Below are positions 9,793 to 18,246 of a stretch of 27,808 nt of DNA, piece after piece. Source of the DNA: Chlamydiota bacterium (GTDB lineage Bacteria > Chlamydiota > Chlamydiia > Chlamydiales > SM23-39). Position 1 is the first letter of the stretch, and each line of letters opens with the position of its first letter. The notes beneath the pieces were generated by a model. That model did no database searches. It was not told the origin of the DNA and saw only the letters and a program-made list of their open reading frames with translations. The position numbers and the translations under genes were made by a program. The stretch covers positions 1-27,808 of the forward strand of contig JBEHXF010000026.1 of assembly GCA_048498835.1 (NCBI GenBank), in the 5' to 3' direction.

Positions 9793-9885
9793 CTATTAAC
9801 AGGCCCTTTTAAGCAGTCAATAGATCACAACTTTTTTTACCGCAAGAACCAAATCAGAAAATCAACTTTCAAATAAACCTAAAAA

Positions 9886-10049
9886 TATACTCAAGTGGAT
9901 TTAAAAATTGGAATCTGGACAAGGAGGCTCCTTTATTTTTTTGGCTGGAGCGAGGGGCAGTGTCCTTGACACGACCCGAAGTGAAGACAAGAAAATAAAG
10001 GTAAAGCCGACGCTGGCCAATTTCCAATTTTTGAATCAACTTGAGTATA
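9886..10049. mobile_element. 164-bp palindromic MITE-like element with TA ends
   Basis: Left end TATACTCAAGTGGATTTAAAAATTGGAA versus reverse complement of right end TATACTCAAGTTGATTCAAAAATTGGAA (26/28 match). Internal arms CCTTTATTTTTTTG / CAAGAAAATAAAGG; centre GTGTC-CTT-GACAC. No coding capacity. Confidence 0.75.
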
Positions 10050-10051
10050 AA

Positions 10052-10218
10052 AGATCCGCCGAAAGGGGCCTGTCACATGCTCAGTCAACCGTGTTTGTTA
10101 CACGTGGGGCCGCTTCCCAGGCGAGGCACGAGGGCCTAGGCCCGGCGTTGTGGCCCTGAACTGAAAGCTTGTAGTTGAAGGGCATCCAGTGTCCAGGGTA
10201 TCCCTTACAGCAGAGACG
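10052..10218 (-). ncRNA. ssrS: Probable 6S RNA
   Basis: Hand-folded minus strand gives a rod. Closing stem: UCUGCUG/CGGCGGA, AAGGG/CCCUU, CCUG/CAGG, CAC/GUG, AUGC/GCAU, UCAACU/GGUUGA. Central bubble: 5' strand ACAAGCUUUCAGUUCA, 3' strand with hairpin CGUGU-AACAA-ACACG. Apical stem: GGGCC/GGCCC, CCGGGC/GCCUGG, AGGC/GCCU. GC-rich island in an AT-rich spacer. Strand chosen from the CCCAC-hairpin-GGUUGA motif; the plus strand is not strictly excluded. Confidence 0.72.
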
Positions 10219-10222
10219 AGAC

Positions 10223-10249
10223 ATTCTCTCTTAAATGGACATTTATCAA
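10223..10249 (-). promoter_or_regulatory. Candidate sigma66/70-type promoter for the 6S-like RNA
   Basis: TTGATA (10249-10244) and GAGAAT (10228-10223) with a short 15-nt spacer. The implied +1 near 10217 matches the 5' end of the predicted stem. Confidence 0.3.
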
Positions 10250-10258
10250 AATGAAAAA

Positions 10259-11026
10259 TTAAGCGTCGGGCAACCCAATTACGTCGCGCAAAGCTTGCTT
10301 TGTCGCTTCACGGCCAATAAGCGCTAACGATTCAGTTAAAGGGATTTTTTTAGGACAGACTTTTACACAGTTTTGGGCGTTACCACAGCCAGCAATCCCC
10401 CCTTCATCAAGGACTTCGCGTAATCTCTCTGGTTTTTGGAGGGATCCAACCGGATTGGAGTTGAAGAGGCGCACCTGCGACATGGCGGCGGGGCCCATGA
10501 AAGGAGACTGGCTATTGACTTGGGGACAACTTTCGCTGCAGCAACCGCAAGTCATACAAGTGGATAGAACATACAGAGCTTCTTGCACTTCAGGCGCGAC
10601 TTTTGGTCCTTTTTCTTTAGAATCCCAAGTCCCATCGACTGTGACCCAGGCCTTCACCTTTTTCAACGCTTCGAACATTTGGGTACGGTCGACGACAAGA
10701 TCGCGTATCAAGGGAAATTTTGTAAATGGAGCTAACGTGATGACAGTCGATCCGGTCTCACGAATCAGGCGATCGATGAGAGCTGTGCACGATTGTCGCG
10801 GACGCCCATTGACCAACATCGAACAAGATCCACACACCTCTTCCAAACATCCTGCTTCCCAAGCAACCGGGGTGGTCTTCTCCCCTTTCTTATTCAGCGG
10901 ATTTTTTTGAATCTCCATCAAAGCTGAAATAACATTGGTTCCACTTTGCAGGGGCAATTCAAATTCTTCCCAGTATTGCTTTTCAGGTGTTCCACGCAGA
11001 ACTCGCAAGGTAAATGTTTTGTCCAT
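10259..11026 (-). CDS. sdhB: Succinate dehydrogenase iron-sulfur subunit
   Basis: Cys motifs CLEEVCGSC...C, CMTCGCCSESCP, CGNAQNCVKVCP; Bacillus/chlamydial type. Confidence 0.97.
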   Translation of the reverse strand: MDKTFTLRVLRGTPEKQYWEEFELPLQSGTNVISALMEIQKNPLNKKGEKTTPVAWEAGCLEEVCGSCSMLVNGRPRQSCTALIDRLIRETGSTVITLAPFTKFPLIRDLVVDRTQMFEALKKVKAWVTVDGTWDSKEKGPKVAPEVQEALYVLSTCMTCGCCSESCPQVNSQSPFMGPAAMSQVRLFNSNPVGSLQKPERLREVLDEGGIAGCGNAQNCVKVCPKKIPLTESLALIGREATKQALRDVIGLPDA

Positions 11027-11027
11027 A

Positions 11028-12905
11028 TTAAAGGGGCAGTTGGATGTTTGCAGGAACGTTTTTCAAAGTTGGTTTCACTTTTTTAGCATGAGTATAATCT
11101 CTCTTTATCGGATCGAGGTGGCGCAAGTCAACTGGTTCATAGGAAATCACCGGCTCATCCTTGGCATATTGAGCAATGGTAGTCTTCAACCAATGTTCAT
11201 CATCTCTTTGAGGAAATTCTGGTTTATAATGCGCGCCTCGAAATTCATTGCGAAGCAAAGCCCCTTTTGTAATCACCAAAGCGAGCTCTAACATCGCTTC
11301 AAATTGATTTGCAAATACATAGGTCTGATTGAGCAAATGTCCCTTGTCACCCAGCGTGATCTTTTTAAAGCGCTCGCGGAGCTCTTTGATTTTCTCCATC
11401 GTTTTTTGAAGATCGGGATTGTCTCGTTTAACTGTGACATATTGAACCATCCATTCAGACAGCTCATCATGCAATTGATGCACATTCTCTGATCCGCTTC
11501 TTGCAAACAATTCTTGTTTGCGAGCCTCTTCTGCCGCTAATGCCTCTTTAAAAATGGAATCCTTAATGTGGTGATGTCTCTGCTCTAATTGATCGATATA
11601 GCGAGGTACTTCTACTCCAGCGATGAGCCCACCAAAAATACAAGAAAGGAGAGAATTGGCCCCTAACCGATTCGCGCCGTGATAGAGATAATCCGATTCC
11701 CCTACATTGAAACAACCTTTCAAATTGGTCATTTGACGAAACCGAGTCCACCGATCCGGATCATCTGCCGCAGGCCAATCGACCCACGCCCCTCCCATGG
11801 AATAATGGACAGCAGGGAAAATTTTCATCGGCTTTCTACGCGGATCATCTCCAGTAAATTTCTGATAGATTTCTAGTACTGCATCGAGTTTTTGCTGTTT
11901 TTCTGGCGGAAGATGAGACACATCGAGATAGACCTGCATCTTTCCATCTACTCCGAGACCCATTTCGCAAATTCGGAGCACTTCTCTTGCGCCAATATCT
12001 CGGGGAACTAAATTGCCAAATGCAGGATACATTTCCTCTAAGAAATACCAAGGCTCGCCCGTCTTACCACAAGATCGCATCGACCGATCGGGAAATTCAA
12101 TTTTTTTAGAGGAATCGCCATACACCCATACTCTTCCTCCTTCGCCTCTCGATGATTCAGAAATAAGGCGCATCTTATCCGATCCAGGTATGGCTGTTGG
12201 GTGAATCTGGATGAATTCTCCATTGGCATACTTCATCCCCTGCATATACAAACGCCCATTGGCAGCGCCCGTGCAGAAAGTAGACATGGTCGATTTTTTA
12301 TAAATCACACCCAAACCACCTGTTGCGATCACAACAGCGTCGCCTCGGACTACATGAAGCTGCAAGTTGTACAGATCTTGCATGATGATGCCACGCGCAA
12401 TTCCCTCTTCATCTAAAATCAAGCGCAAAAATTCATGATTTTCAAATTTTTGCACTCTTCCTTCCGCTTCATAACGACGAACCTGTTCATCGAGTGAATA
12501 GAGAAGTTGCTGACCCGTTGAAGCTCCACAGAAAGCGGTTCGATTATATAAGGTGCCACCAAACCTGCGAAAGTCGATATTTCCTTCCATTGTTCGATTA
12601 AAAGGACACCCCATTCGATCCAGCATCCGCAAAATTCCAGGACCTGCAAGACACATCTCTAAAATGGGGGGTTGATTAGCGAGAAAATCTCCACCTTTAA
12701 TCGTATCGTACGCATGGATCAAAGGAGAATCGTCTTCCCCTTTTAAATTGACTGCGATATTGATCCCGCCCTGAGCACAGACAGAATGAGATCGTCTCAC
12801 CTTGGTCAGTGAAACGAGTTTTACATGACACCCTTTTTCAGCGAGTTTCATCGCCGCGGCAAGTCCCGCCAACCCCCCGCCGACAACAACTACCTCTCTA
12901 CCCAT
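11028..12905 (-). CDS. sdhA: Succinate dehydrogenase flavoprotein subunit
   Basis: Start moved to ATG at 12905 (MGREVVVVGGGLAG), overlapping the sdhC stop by 8 nt. FAD-attachment motif RSHSVCAQGG; QIHPT, HYSMGG, HGANRLGANSL. Confidence 0.97.
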   Translation of the reverse strand: MGREVVVVGGGLAGLAAAMKLAEKGCHVKLVSLTKVRRSHSVCAQGGINIAVNLKGEDDSPLIHAYDTIKGGDFLANQPPILEMCLAGPGILRMLDRMGCPFNRTMEGNIDFRRFGGTLYNRTAFCGASTGQQLLYSLDEQVRRYEAEGRVQKFENHEFLRLILDEEGIARGIIMQDLYNLQLHVVRGDAVVIATGGLGVIYKKSTMSTFCTGAANGRLYMQGMKYANGEFIQIHPTAIPGSDKMRLISESSRGEGGRVWVYGDSSKKIEFPDRSMRSCGKTGEPWYFLEEMYPAFGNLVPRDIGAREVLRICEMGLGVDGKMQVYLDVSHLPPEKQQKLDAVLEIYQKFTGDDPRRKPMKIFPAVHYSMGGAWVDWPAADDPDRWTRFRQMTNLKGCFNVGESDYLYHGANRLGANSLLSCIFGGLIAGVEVPRYIDQLEQRHHHIKDSIFKEALAAEEARKQELFARSGSENVHQLHDELSEWMVQYVTVKRDNPDLQKTMEKIKELRERFKKITLGDKGHLLNQTYVFANQFEAMLELALVITKGALLRNEFRGAHYKPEFPQRDDEHWLKTTIAQYAKDEPVISYEPVDLRHLDPIKRDYTHAKKVKPTLKNVPANIQLPL

Positions 12906-13683
12906 AGTAGCTGCCCCAAATCGCTGCAAGACCGAGGAACGTCAAAACTCCAATTCCAATCACACTCACGGGAATCATCGCCCGTTGCGACCGATAAGAA
13001 AGGATCGCTCCCCACGTGATTAAAAAAGTCCAAAAGCCATTTGCCGCATGATACGCTGCAGCCAGGACGAATATCGTATAAAGCGCTACCATCAAAGGGG
13101 ATTTGAATGTGTCGCGCACCATCAGTAACATCGCCGTTCCAGGAGAATCGGCAACAGCACGAACTTTTTCTCCCGCTGTCATTAATTGGACATTCCATCG
13201 AGAAGCAAGCGGAACTAGCTTCTCATCCGGCAATACCACCACACTCCACTGTTCTTCTGATACTCGTTTTGGCTGATCGATGAAACGCATCTGCACTACG
13301 TGACCTATGATGCCAAAAAGTAAAATCCAAGAAGTCAGTCTTTGCAAAGTAAAAGCGCGATTGCGCTCATAAGTCATGGCCGGTTTTGAGCCATTTGTCT
13401 CATTGGAATTGAGCCTGGCTTGCATCGCTCTTTGAACTCCCCAAACACCGTGAATCACAAGAGGCAGACCAATGAGTGTAACTTCGACAAAATGCAAATA
13501 CGGAAGTGATTCGAGACTATTGACCATGCGGACAAAACCCGCACCACTCTCTCCGAGCCAAAGAGCTGCTTGCGAATTGGTCACCAAATGCAAAAAAAGA
13601 TAGAGAACAAGCCAAAGACCGGTCAACGAATGGACGCGGCGCCAAATAAAGGAAGTGGAGATTTTCTTTGCTTCAACCGACAT
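12898..13683 (-). CDS. sdhC: Succinate dehydrogenase cytochrome b subunit (single 5-TM anchor, type B)
   Basis: RRVHSLTG and further His-bearing TM helices (IHGVWG, GHVVQMR, YHAANG); first gene of sdhCAB. Confidence 0.93.
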   Translation of the reverse strand: MSVEAKKISTSFIWRRVHSLTGLWLVLYLFLHLVTNSQAALWLGESGAGFVRMVNSLESLPYLHFVEVTLIGLPLVIHGVWGVQRAMQARLNSNETNGSKPAMTYERNRAFTLQRLTSWILLFGIIGHVVQMRFIDQPKRVSEEQWSVVVLPDEKLVPLASRWNVQLMTAGEKVRAVADSPGTAMLLMVRDTFKSPLMVALYTIFVLAAAYHAANGFWTFLITWGAILSYRSQRAMIPVSVIGIGVLTFLGLAAIWGSYYG

Positions 13684-13707
13684 AAGATATTTTTTAAACC
13701 AAATCGA

Positions 13708-14481
13708 TCAATTTGACAATTGAAAAACTCTCCTCCCATTTTCCCAGGTGCTCTTGGCGACTTGCTCCAATGAAATTCCTCGCACTTCTGCAATACATTT
13801 CGCCGTTTCAACAATAAAGCCAGGTTCATTCGTGCGACCTCGTTTGCTCTGTGGCGCTAAAAAAGGAGCGTCCGTTTCAATTAAAATCTGATCCAGTGGT
13901 GCAGCTTTTGCCACCTCTCTTAAACTATCGCTCTTCTTATAGGTGACAATCCCACTGAGAGAAAGATACCATCCTCTTTTCCAAACTTCTTCTGCCTCAG
14001 GAACTGTGCCTGTGAAACAGTGTAAAATCGCCGGGGCGCCTTCAGGATAATGATCATCGACGATCGCAAACAAATCGGCAAACGCTTCTCTACAATGAAA
14101 AATGACAGGAAGATGAACCTCCGCCGCAAGCTTCAAATACTTTTTCAGAAATTTTTTCTGAATTTCGCGATTCGAATGTTCATAGTGATAGTCGAGTCCC
14201 GTTTCTCCCACCGCAACTAACAACTGCGAGCGAGCCGCTTCTTCAAAAACGGGAAAATCTGCCTCTCCCTCTTTTTCTACATCATGAGGAGTTGTCGCGC
14301 CCGCATGGACGAGCTGCAAATATCTCTGTCCGAGCTTAAGCCCTTCCGTTAAAGTGGTCCTATCGGTGCAAATATTCACTACACGATCAACCCCAACAAT
14401 CGCTGCTCTTTCCATTACCCCTGTAATATTTGGCAACATCTCCGCAGAAGAGAGATGAGAATGGGAATCAAAGAAATGCAT
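13708..14481 (-). CDS. tatD: TatD-family DNase
   Basis: DSHSH, AVGETGLDY, FHCREA, LHCFTG and ETDAPFLAP motifs. Confidence 0.96.
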   Translation of the reverse strand: MHFFDSHSHLSSAEMLPNITGVMERAAIVGVDRVVNICTDRTTLTEGLKLGQRYLQLVHAGATTPHDVEKEGEADFPVFEEAARSQLLVAVGETGLDYHYEHSNREIQKKFLKKYLKLAAEVHLPVIFHCREAFADLFAIVDDHYPEGAPAILHCFTGTVPEAEEVWKRGWYLSLSGIVTYKKSDSLREVAKAAPLDQILIETDAPFLAPQSKRGRTNEPGFIVETAKCIAEVRGISLEQVAKSTWENGRRVFQLSN

Positions 14482-15316
14482 GTTCTAACTCTTTTGCAAT
14501 GATTGCTTTTCGATCCACTCGAATCAAATTTGGATAATTCTTCTCGACCACTACTTTTAAAGGATCGAAATAGGCCTCAACCGGCTCAAAAGGAGCTGCA
14601 TTCAATTCATCGAGCCATTGCAGCCAATCTCTTTGATCTCTCTTGCCCCATGTCGCTGCCTTTTTCGCTCGCTCCTCTTCCGATCTCACCCAACTATAAT
14701 GATGCATCATCGGCTTTCCGTTGAGACCCACCACTTGCATTCTCTTTTTTCCTTCTAATGCCTGGTACATCCCATACCTCTCGTTGGGATTGAGGATCTG
14801 ATGCGGTGTAAGAGCATCTTTTCGAATCAAAAGAGCGCATTGCTGCAATTCCTCTTTCCGATCTTGCGCTCTTAAACCATAGGTATAAGCGGAAAACCAA
14901 TATCCAGACACCTTCGGATCCAATTCCTGTTCCAGCCATTCAGCAAATCGATCCCCCTCCAAAATCTCATCCGCATCTAAGAAAAGAACCCATTCTATCT
15001 CAGGTCTAACGAAAAACCGCCCTACGTAGCGCGATGTGGAATGCCAACAATTAATCCAATCGTCATCGCCTGGGAAACTGTGAATAAAAGGACTGTAAAG
15101 CTGTTTTACATGATAGGCGAACTCCACAAAGGTGCAGCCTAAATTCTCCCTCAAACTTCTGTCGATCAGAACTTTATCTTCTTCCTCACCATTAAAAAAA
15201 CGATCTGCATAAGGGATGATGATCTGACTTGAAAATCGTCTCAGCTCCTGAACACTCCGATTCAAGAAACGGTAGTCGTTGCTGCAGTAATGTAAAAGGG
15301 TGGCCACTTTAAACAA
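14468..15316 (-). CDS. GT-A fold (GT2-like) glycosyltransferase, paralog 3
   Basis: TTG start. WVLFLDADEI DxD motif; HHYSWVRSEEE..KK..TWG; YFDPL. Overlaps tatD by 14 nt. Confidence 0.7.
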   Translation of the reverse strand: MFKVATLLHYCSNDYRFLNRSVQELRRFSSQIIIPYADRFFNGEEEDKVLIDRSLRENLGCTFVEFAYHVKQLYSPFIHSFPGDDDWINCWHSTSRYVGRFFVRPEIEWVLFLDADEILEGDRFAEWLEQELDPKVSGYWFSAYTYGLRAQDRKEELQQCALLIRKDALTPHQILNPNERYGMYQALEGKKRMQVVGLNGKPMMHHYSWVRSEEERAKKAATWGKRDQRDWLQWLDELNAAPFEPVEAYFDPLKVVVEKNYPNLIRVDRKAIIAKELEHAFL

Positions 15317-16187
15317 GCGATTCCCACTCCAATTCCAAACGCATATAATCTTTTCTCTTCAAACGAATTACATTTGGAAAAGAAGCTCTCGGCAATGGCT
15401 TCGATGGCCATTCCACACGGAGAGGATCAAAAAAGGGATTTTCAATTGTCTCAAATTCCATTGATTCACTGTATAGATCCCGATCTTCTAATCGATTCCA
15501 CTCCTGATCCAAACGATGTCCCCAGGACTGGATCTTCTTCAGAAATTCCTCTTCAGAGCGAACCCAACTATAGTGATGCATCAAAGGCATGCCATCCACC
15601 CCTCTCATCTCATCTTCTTTAACACCATCAATCTGTTTCAATAAAGCATATCGCTCATCTGGATGATAGAAGAAATGGGGTCTTAGAGCTTCCCTGCGAA
15701 CCAATAGAGAAAGCACCTGAAGTTTTTTTGCCCGAATATGAGCTTTTCGACCATACGCATAACCGGTCATCCGAACTGCTTGATAAGGATCGAAATGGCC
15801 TGCATCGAGCGACTCTTTCATCCTTTTTCCTTCGAAAATTTCATCGACATCAGAAAAAAGGACCCACTCATTTGTTGGGTCCACATGAAAAAATCCGATC
15901 AGCCTGGCAAAATTATGCCACAATCGACTCCACGTATCATCCGTTGGCTTCACAGCTAGATAACTCGGATAAAGTTCTTGGTTTGAATAGGGAAATTCGA
16001 TAAAGGTACAATCGGGATGCTGCTGGTAAGCCACTCGCAGCAAGTCTTTATTCTCTTCCGTTCCATTAAAAAAGTGATCCGATACGGGAATCACAATTTG
16101 ATGAGCAAACTCTTTCGCCTCTTCAATCCATCGATTCAGAAAACGGATATCATTGGTACAAAAAGAGAGAACAGCAGCAACAGTCAT
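15309..16187 (-). CDS. GT-A fold (GT2-like) glycosyltransferase, paralog 2
   Basis: WVLFSDVDEI; DHFFNG; HHYSWVRSEEE..KK..SWGH; FFDPL. Overlaps its neighbours by 8 and 4 nt. Confidence 0.7.
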   Translation of the reverse strand: MTVAAVLSFCTNDIRFLNRWIEEAKEFAHQIVIPVSDHFFNGTEENKDLLRVAYQQHPDCTFIEFPYSNQELYPSYLAVKPTDDTWSRLWHNFARLIGFFHVDPTNEWVLFSDVDEIFEGKRMKESLDAGHFDPYQAVRMTGYAYGRKAHIRAKKLQVLSLLVRREALRPHFFYHPDERYALLKQIDGVKEDEMRGVDGMPLMHHYSWVRSEEEFLKKIQSWGHRLDQEWNRLEDRDLYSESMEFETIENPFFDPLRVEWPSKPLPRASFPNVIRLKRKDYMRLELEWESLV

Positions 16188-17059
16188 AGCAACATCTCCA
16201 TCTCTTTTTTCCTTACAGCTCTAACATTAATTCTCTGCACATTTGCACCAGCGCCCACTCCATTCAATCGCTTCACCTGTAGCGGATCGAAAAAAGGTGA
16301 ATCGATCGATTCAAACTGGTAGGGCTGAAAAAATAATCCACTCAAATCCCCTCCAAAGGCCCGATCGACTGCCTCCGCCCAATTTTTCTCCTTCGAATGC
16401 CCCCAACTCTCCGCCTTCATCAAGCACTCTTCTTTCGTTCTAACCCAAGAATAATGATGAAAAAATGGCCTTTGAACCAGAACAAAATCTTTTTTTTCGC
16501 CGATCATGCTCCGATAGGTTCCCAGACGCTCTAAATCGTTCAACAACAGCAAAGGGGCCAAAGCTTTTCTTTGAACGAGAAGAGCCGCCCCCATCACCTC
16601 TTTCGCCCTCTCTCTCGCAGTGAGCCCATACTGATAGCAAGCAAAGCGAAGAGCTACAAAATCAAAGTGCTCTCCTTTTTGGAGCCATTTGTTTAACCGC
16701 TCACCTTCGGCAATCTCATCACTGTCGAGAAAAAATAGCCAAGGCTCTTGAGTAAAGTAATAGCCGATGTACCTCGCTGTCGCTGCCCAATAGATCGGCC
16801 AATCGGGATCAGCCGGGCCAATTCGGTGATAGGGCGAATAAATCTTCTCAGGATCGTAGGCAAATTCAATAAAATCGATTTCAGGATAAAGCGTATAAGT
16901 TTCTTCCAAACGAGCTCGATTTTCTCCTTGACCATTGAAAAAATGGTCGCAGACAACAACGAGAATTCGCTGAGCGAATTCTTTCGCCTCTTGAATACAT
17001 TTTCCAAGAAAGCGAAAATCGTTACTACAATAACTGATGATAGCGGCGATTGGCTCCAT
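16184..17059 (-). CDS. GT-A fold (GT2-like) glycosyltransferase, paralog 1
   Basis: Start moved to ATG at 17059 (MEPIAAIISYCSND), which aligns with the other two paralogs and has AAGGA upstream. WLFFLDSDEI; HHYSWVRTKEE..K..SWGH; FFDPL. Confidence 0.7.
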   Translation of the reverse strand: MEPIAAIISYCSNDFRFLGKCIQEAKEFAQRILVVVCDHFFNGQGENRARLEETYTLYPEIDFIEFAYDPEKIYSPYHRIGPADPDWPIYWAATARYIGYYFTQEPWLFFLDSDEIAEGERLNKWLQKGEHFDFVALRFACYQYGLTARERAKEVMGAALLVQRKALAPLLLLNDLERLGTYRSMIGEKKDFVLVQRPFFHHYSWVRTKEECLMKAESWGHSKEKNWAEAVDRAFGGDLSGLFFQPYQFESIDSPFFDPLQVKRLNGVGAGANVQRINVRAVRKKEMEMLL

Positions 17060-17115
17060 GGAATTCCTTGACATTAAGCTTCTATCTAGACTATCCCTTC
17101 TGATAGAAAGGTGCA

Positions 17116-17820
17116 ATGAACCTCAACATAGCTGCTAATCCTTTTATCACCGCTTACGTCCAATCCGATTGGTTTGGACAAGTGATTTTTTGGGGTCTGT
17201 TCACCACCTCGGCCCTCTGCTGGATCGTCATCCTCTATAAAGGATGGGAACTCTGGACTGTCCGTAAACTCTCCTCCCAATTTATGGATCTCTTTAGCGA
17301 GAAAAAAAACGACCCGCTCAATCTACAGTTCACCCGCCCTTCCTGGGGACGCATCGCTGAAGTACCTCACCCGCTCTTTGAAATTTACCGCTCCGTCAAA
17401 CAGCAAACCCTCCATATCATCAACCGAAATCAAGGCTCCCAGCTCTCTCCGCCCGACCTCGAAATCATCGAATCCCAAGTCTCTCTGGCTATCTCCTCAG
17501 CCTCTAAAAAGCTCGATAAACACCTCTTTATCCTCTCCACTATTGTCACATTGGCCCCCTTTCTCGGCCTACTCGGAACTGTTTGGGGGATCCTCCTCAC
17601 GTTCGCCCAGCTGCAATCGGGGTTCCAAGCCAACAATGCTGCGATGCTCTCCGGTCTTTCCATGGCGCTCGCTACCACCGTTATCGGCCTCGTCGTCGCC
17701 ATCCCTGCCCTCATCGGATTTAACTACCTCAAAAACGCTGGCCGAGAAACCCGCCGCGATATGGAAGAGTTTTCCCACGCTTTGATGACCTCCATCGAGC
17801 TCCAATATCGAAAGGGCTAA
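17116..17820 (+). CDS. tolQ: TolQ/ExbB (MotA family) proton channel
   Basis: APFLGLLGTVWGI and ALATTVIGLVVAIPA motifs; heads the tol-pal cluster. Confidence 0.92.
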   Translation: MNLNIAANPFITAYVQSDWFGQVIFWGLFTTSALCWIVILYKGWELWTVRKLSSQFMDLFSEKKNDPLNLQFTRPSWGRIAEVPHPLFEIYRSVKQQTLHIINRNQGSQLSPPDLEIIESQVSLAISSASKKLDKHLFILSTIVTLAPFLGLLGTVWGILLTFAQLQSGFQANNAAMLSGLSMALATTVIGLVVAIPALIGFNYLKNAGRETRRDMEEFSHALMTSIELQYRKG

Positions 17821-17823
17821 CTC

Positions 17824-18246
17824 ATGAGACGGCGCCGCTGGGAAACGGAAGATGAATTACCCGATGAGCCTCTCATCAATCTCACCCCGCTCATCGACGT
17901 TGTTTTCGTCGTTCTCATCTCCTTCATGCTCATCGCTCCAATTCTCGACATCGATGTGGTCGACCTCGCCTTTAGCAACACTGAAAAGAAAAAGGATGCG
18001 ATGCCTCCCGAACAGTCGCCTCTCTCTATCATCGTCAAAGCAGATAACACCATTTGGACAGGTGGGCGCCGCGTCAATCTCACCGAACTTGAAAAAATCC
18101 TCCTTCAACAAAAAAAGCTCTATCCCACTCGCATCCCTCAAGTGATCCACGATAAACAAGCTACATTTGGCACCTATCAGACAGTAAAAAATACGCTGGA
18201 AAAATGTGGTTTTGATCAAATGGAAATACTGTTGAAACCCGGATGA
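17824..18246 (+). CDS. tolR: TolR/ExbD
   Basis: INLTPLIDVVFVVLISFM with the conserved TM Asp. Confidence 0.92.
   Translation: MRRRRWETEDELPDEPLINLTPLIDVVFVVLISFMLIAPILDIDVVDLAFSNTEKKKDAMPPEQSPLSIIVKADNTIWTGGRRVNLTELEKILLQQKKLYPTRIPQVIHDKQATFGTYQTVKNTLEKCGFDQMEILLKPG

Noticed and set aside
9793..9825. TTGACT-17-TAATAG directly before the tolC ATG as a leaderless promoter
   Set aside because: The -10 is poor and sits too close to the start codon.
9908..10159. 83-aa plus-strand ORF in the intergenic region
   Set aside because: TTG start inside the palindromic element, spans the MITE and the RNA, and has no recognisable protein features.
10052..10218. SRP RNA, tRNA or riboswitch as alternative identity
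   Set aside because: No SRP domain IV (CAGG-GNRA-AGCAG) motif and no cloverleaf or T-loop. The rod with a central bubble fits 6S better.
14468..17059. GT triplet as dedicated glycosylation system for the TpsA adhesin
   Set aside because: The genes are 10 kb away in a different operon and do not resemble HMW1C-type (GT41) enzymes. No direct support.
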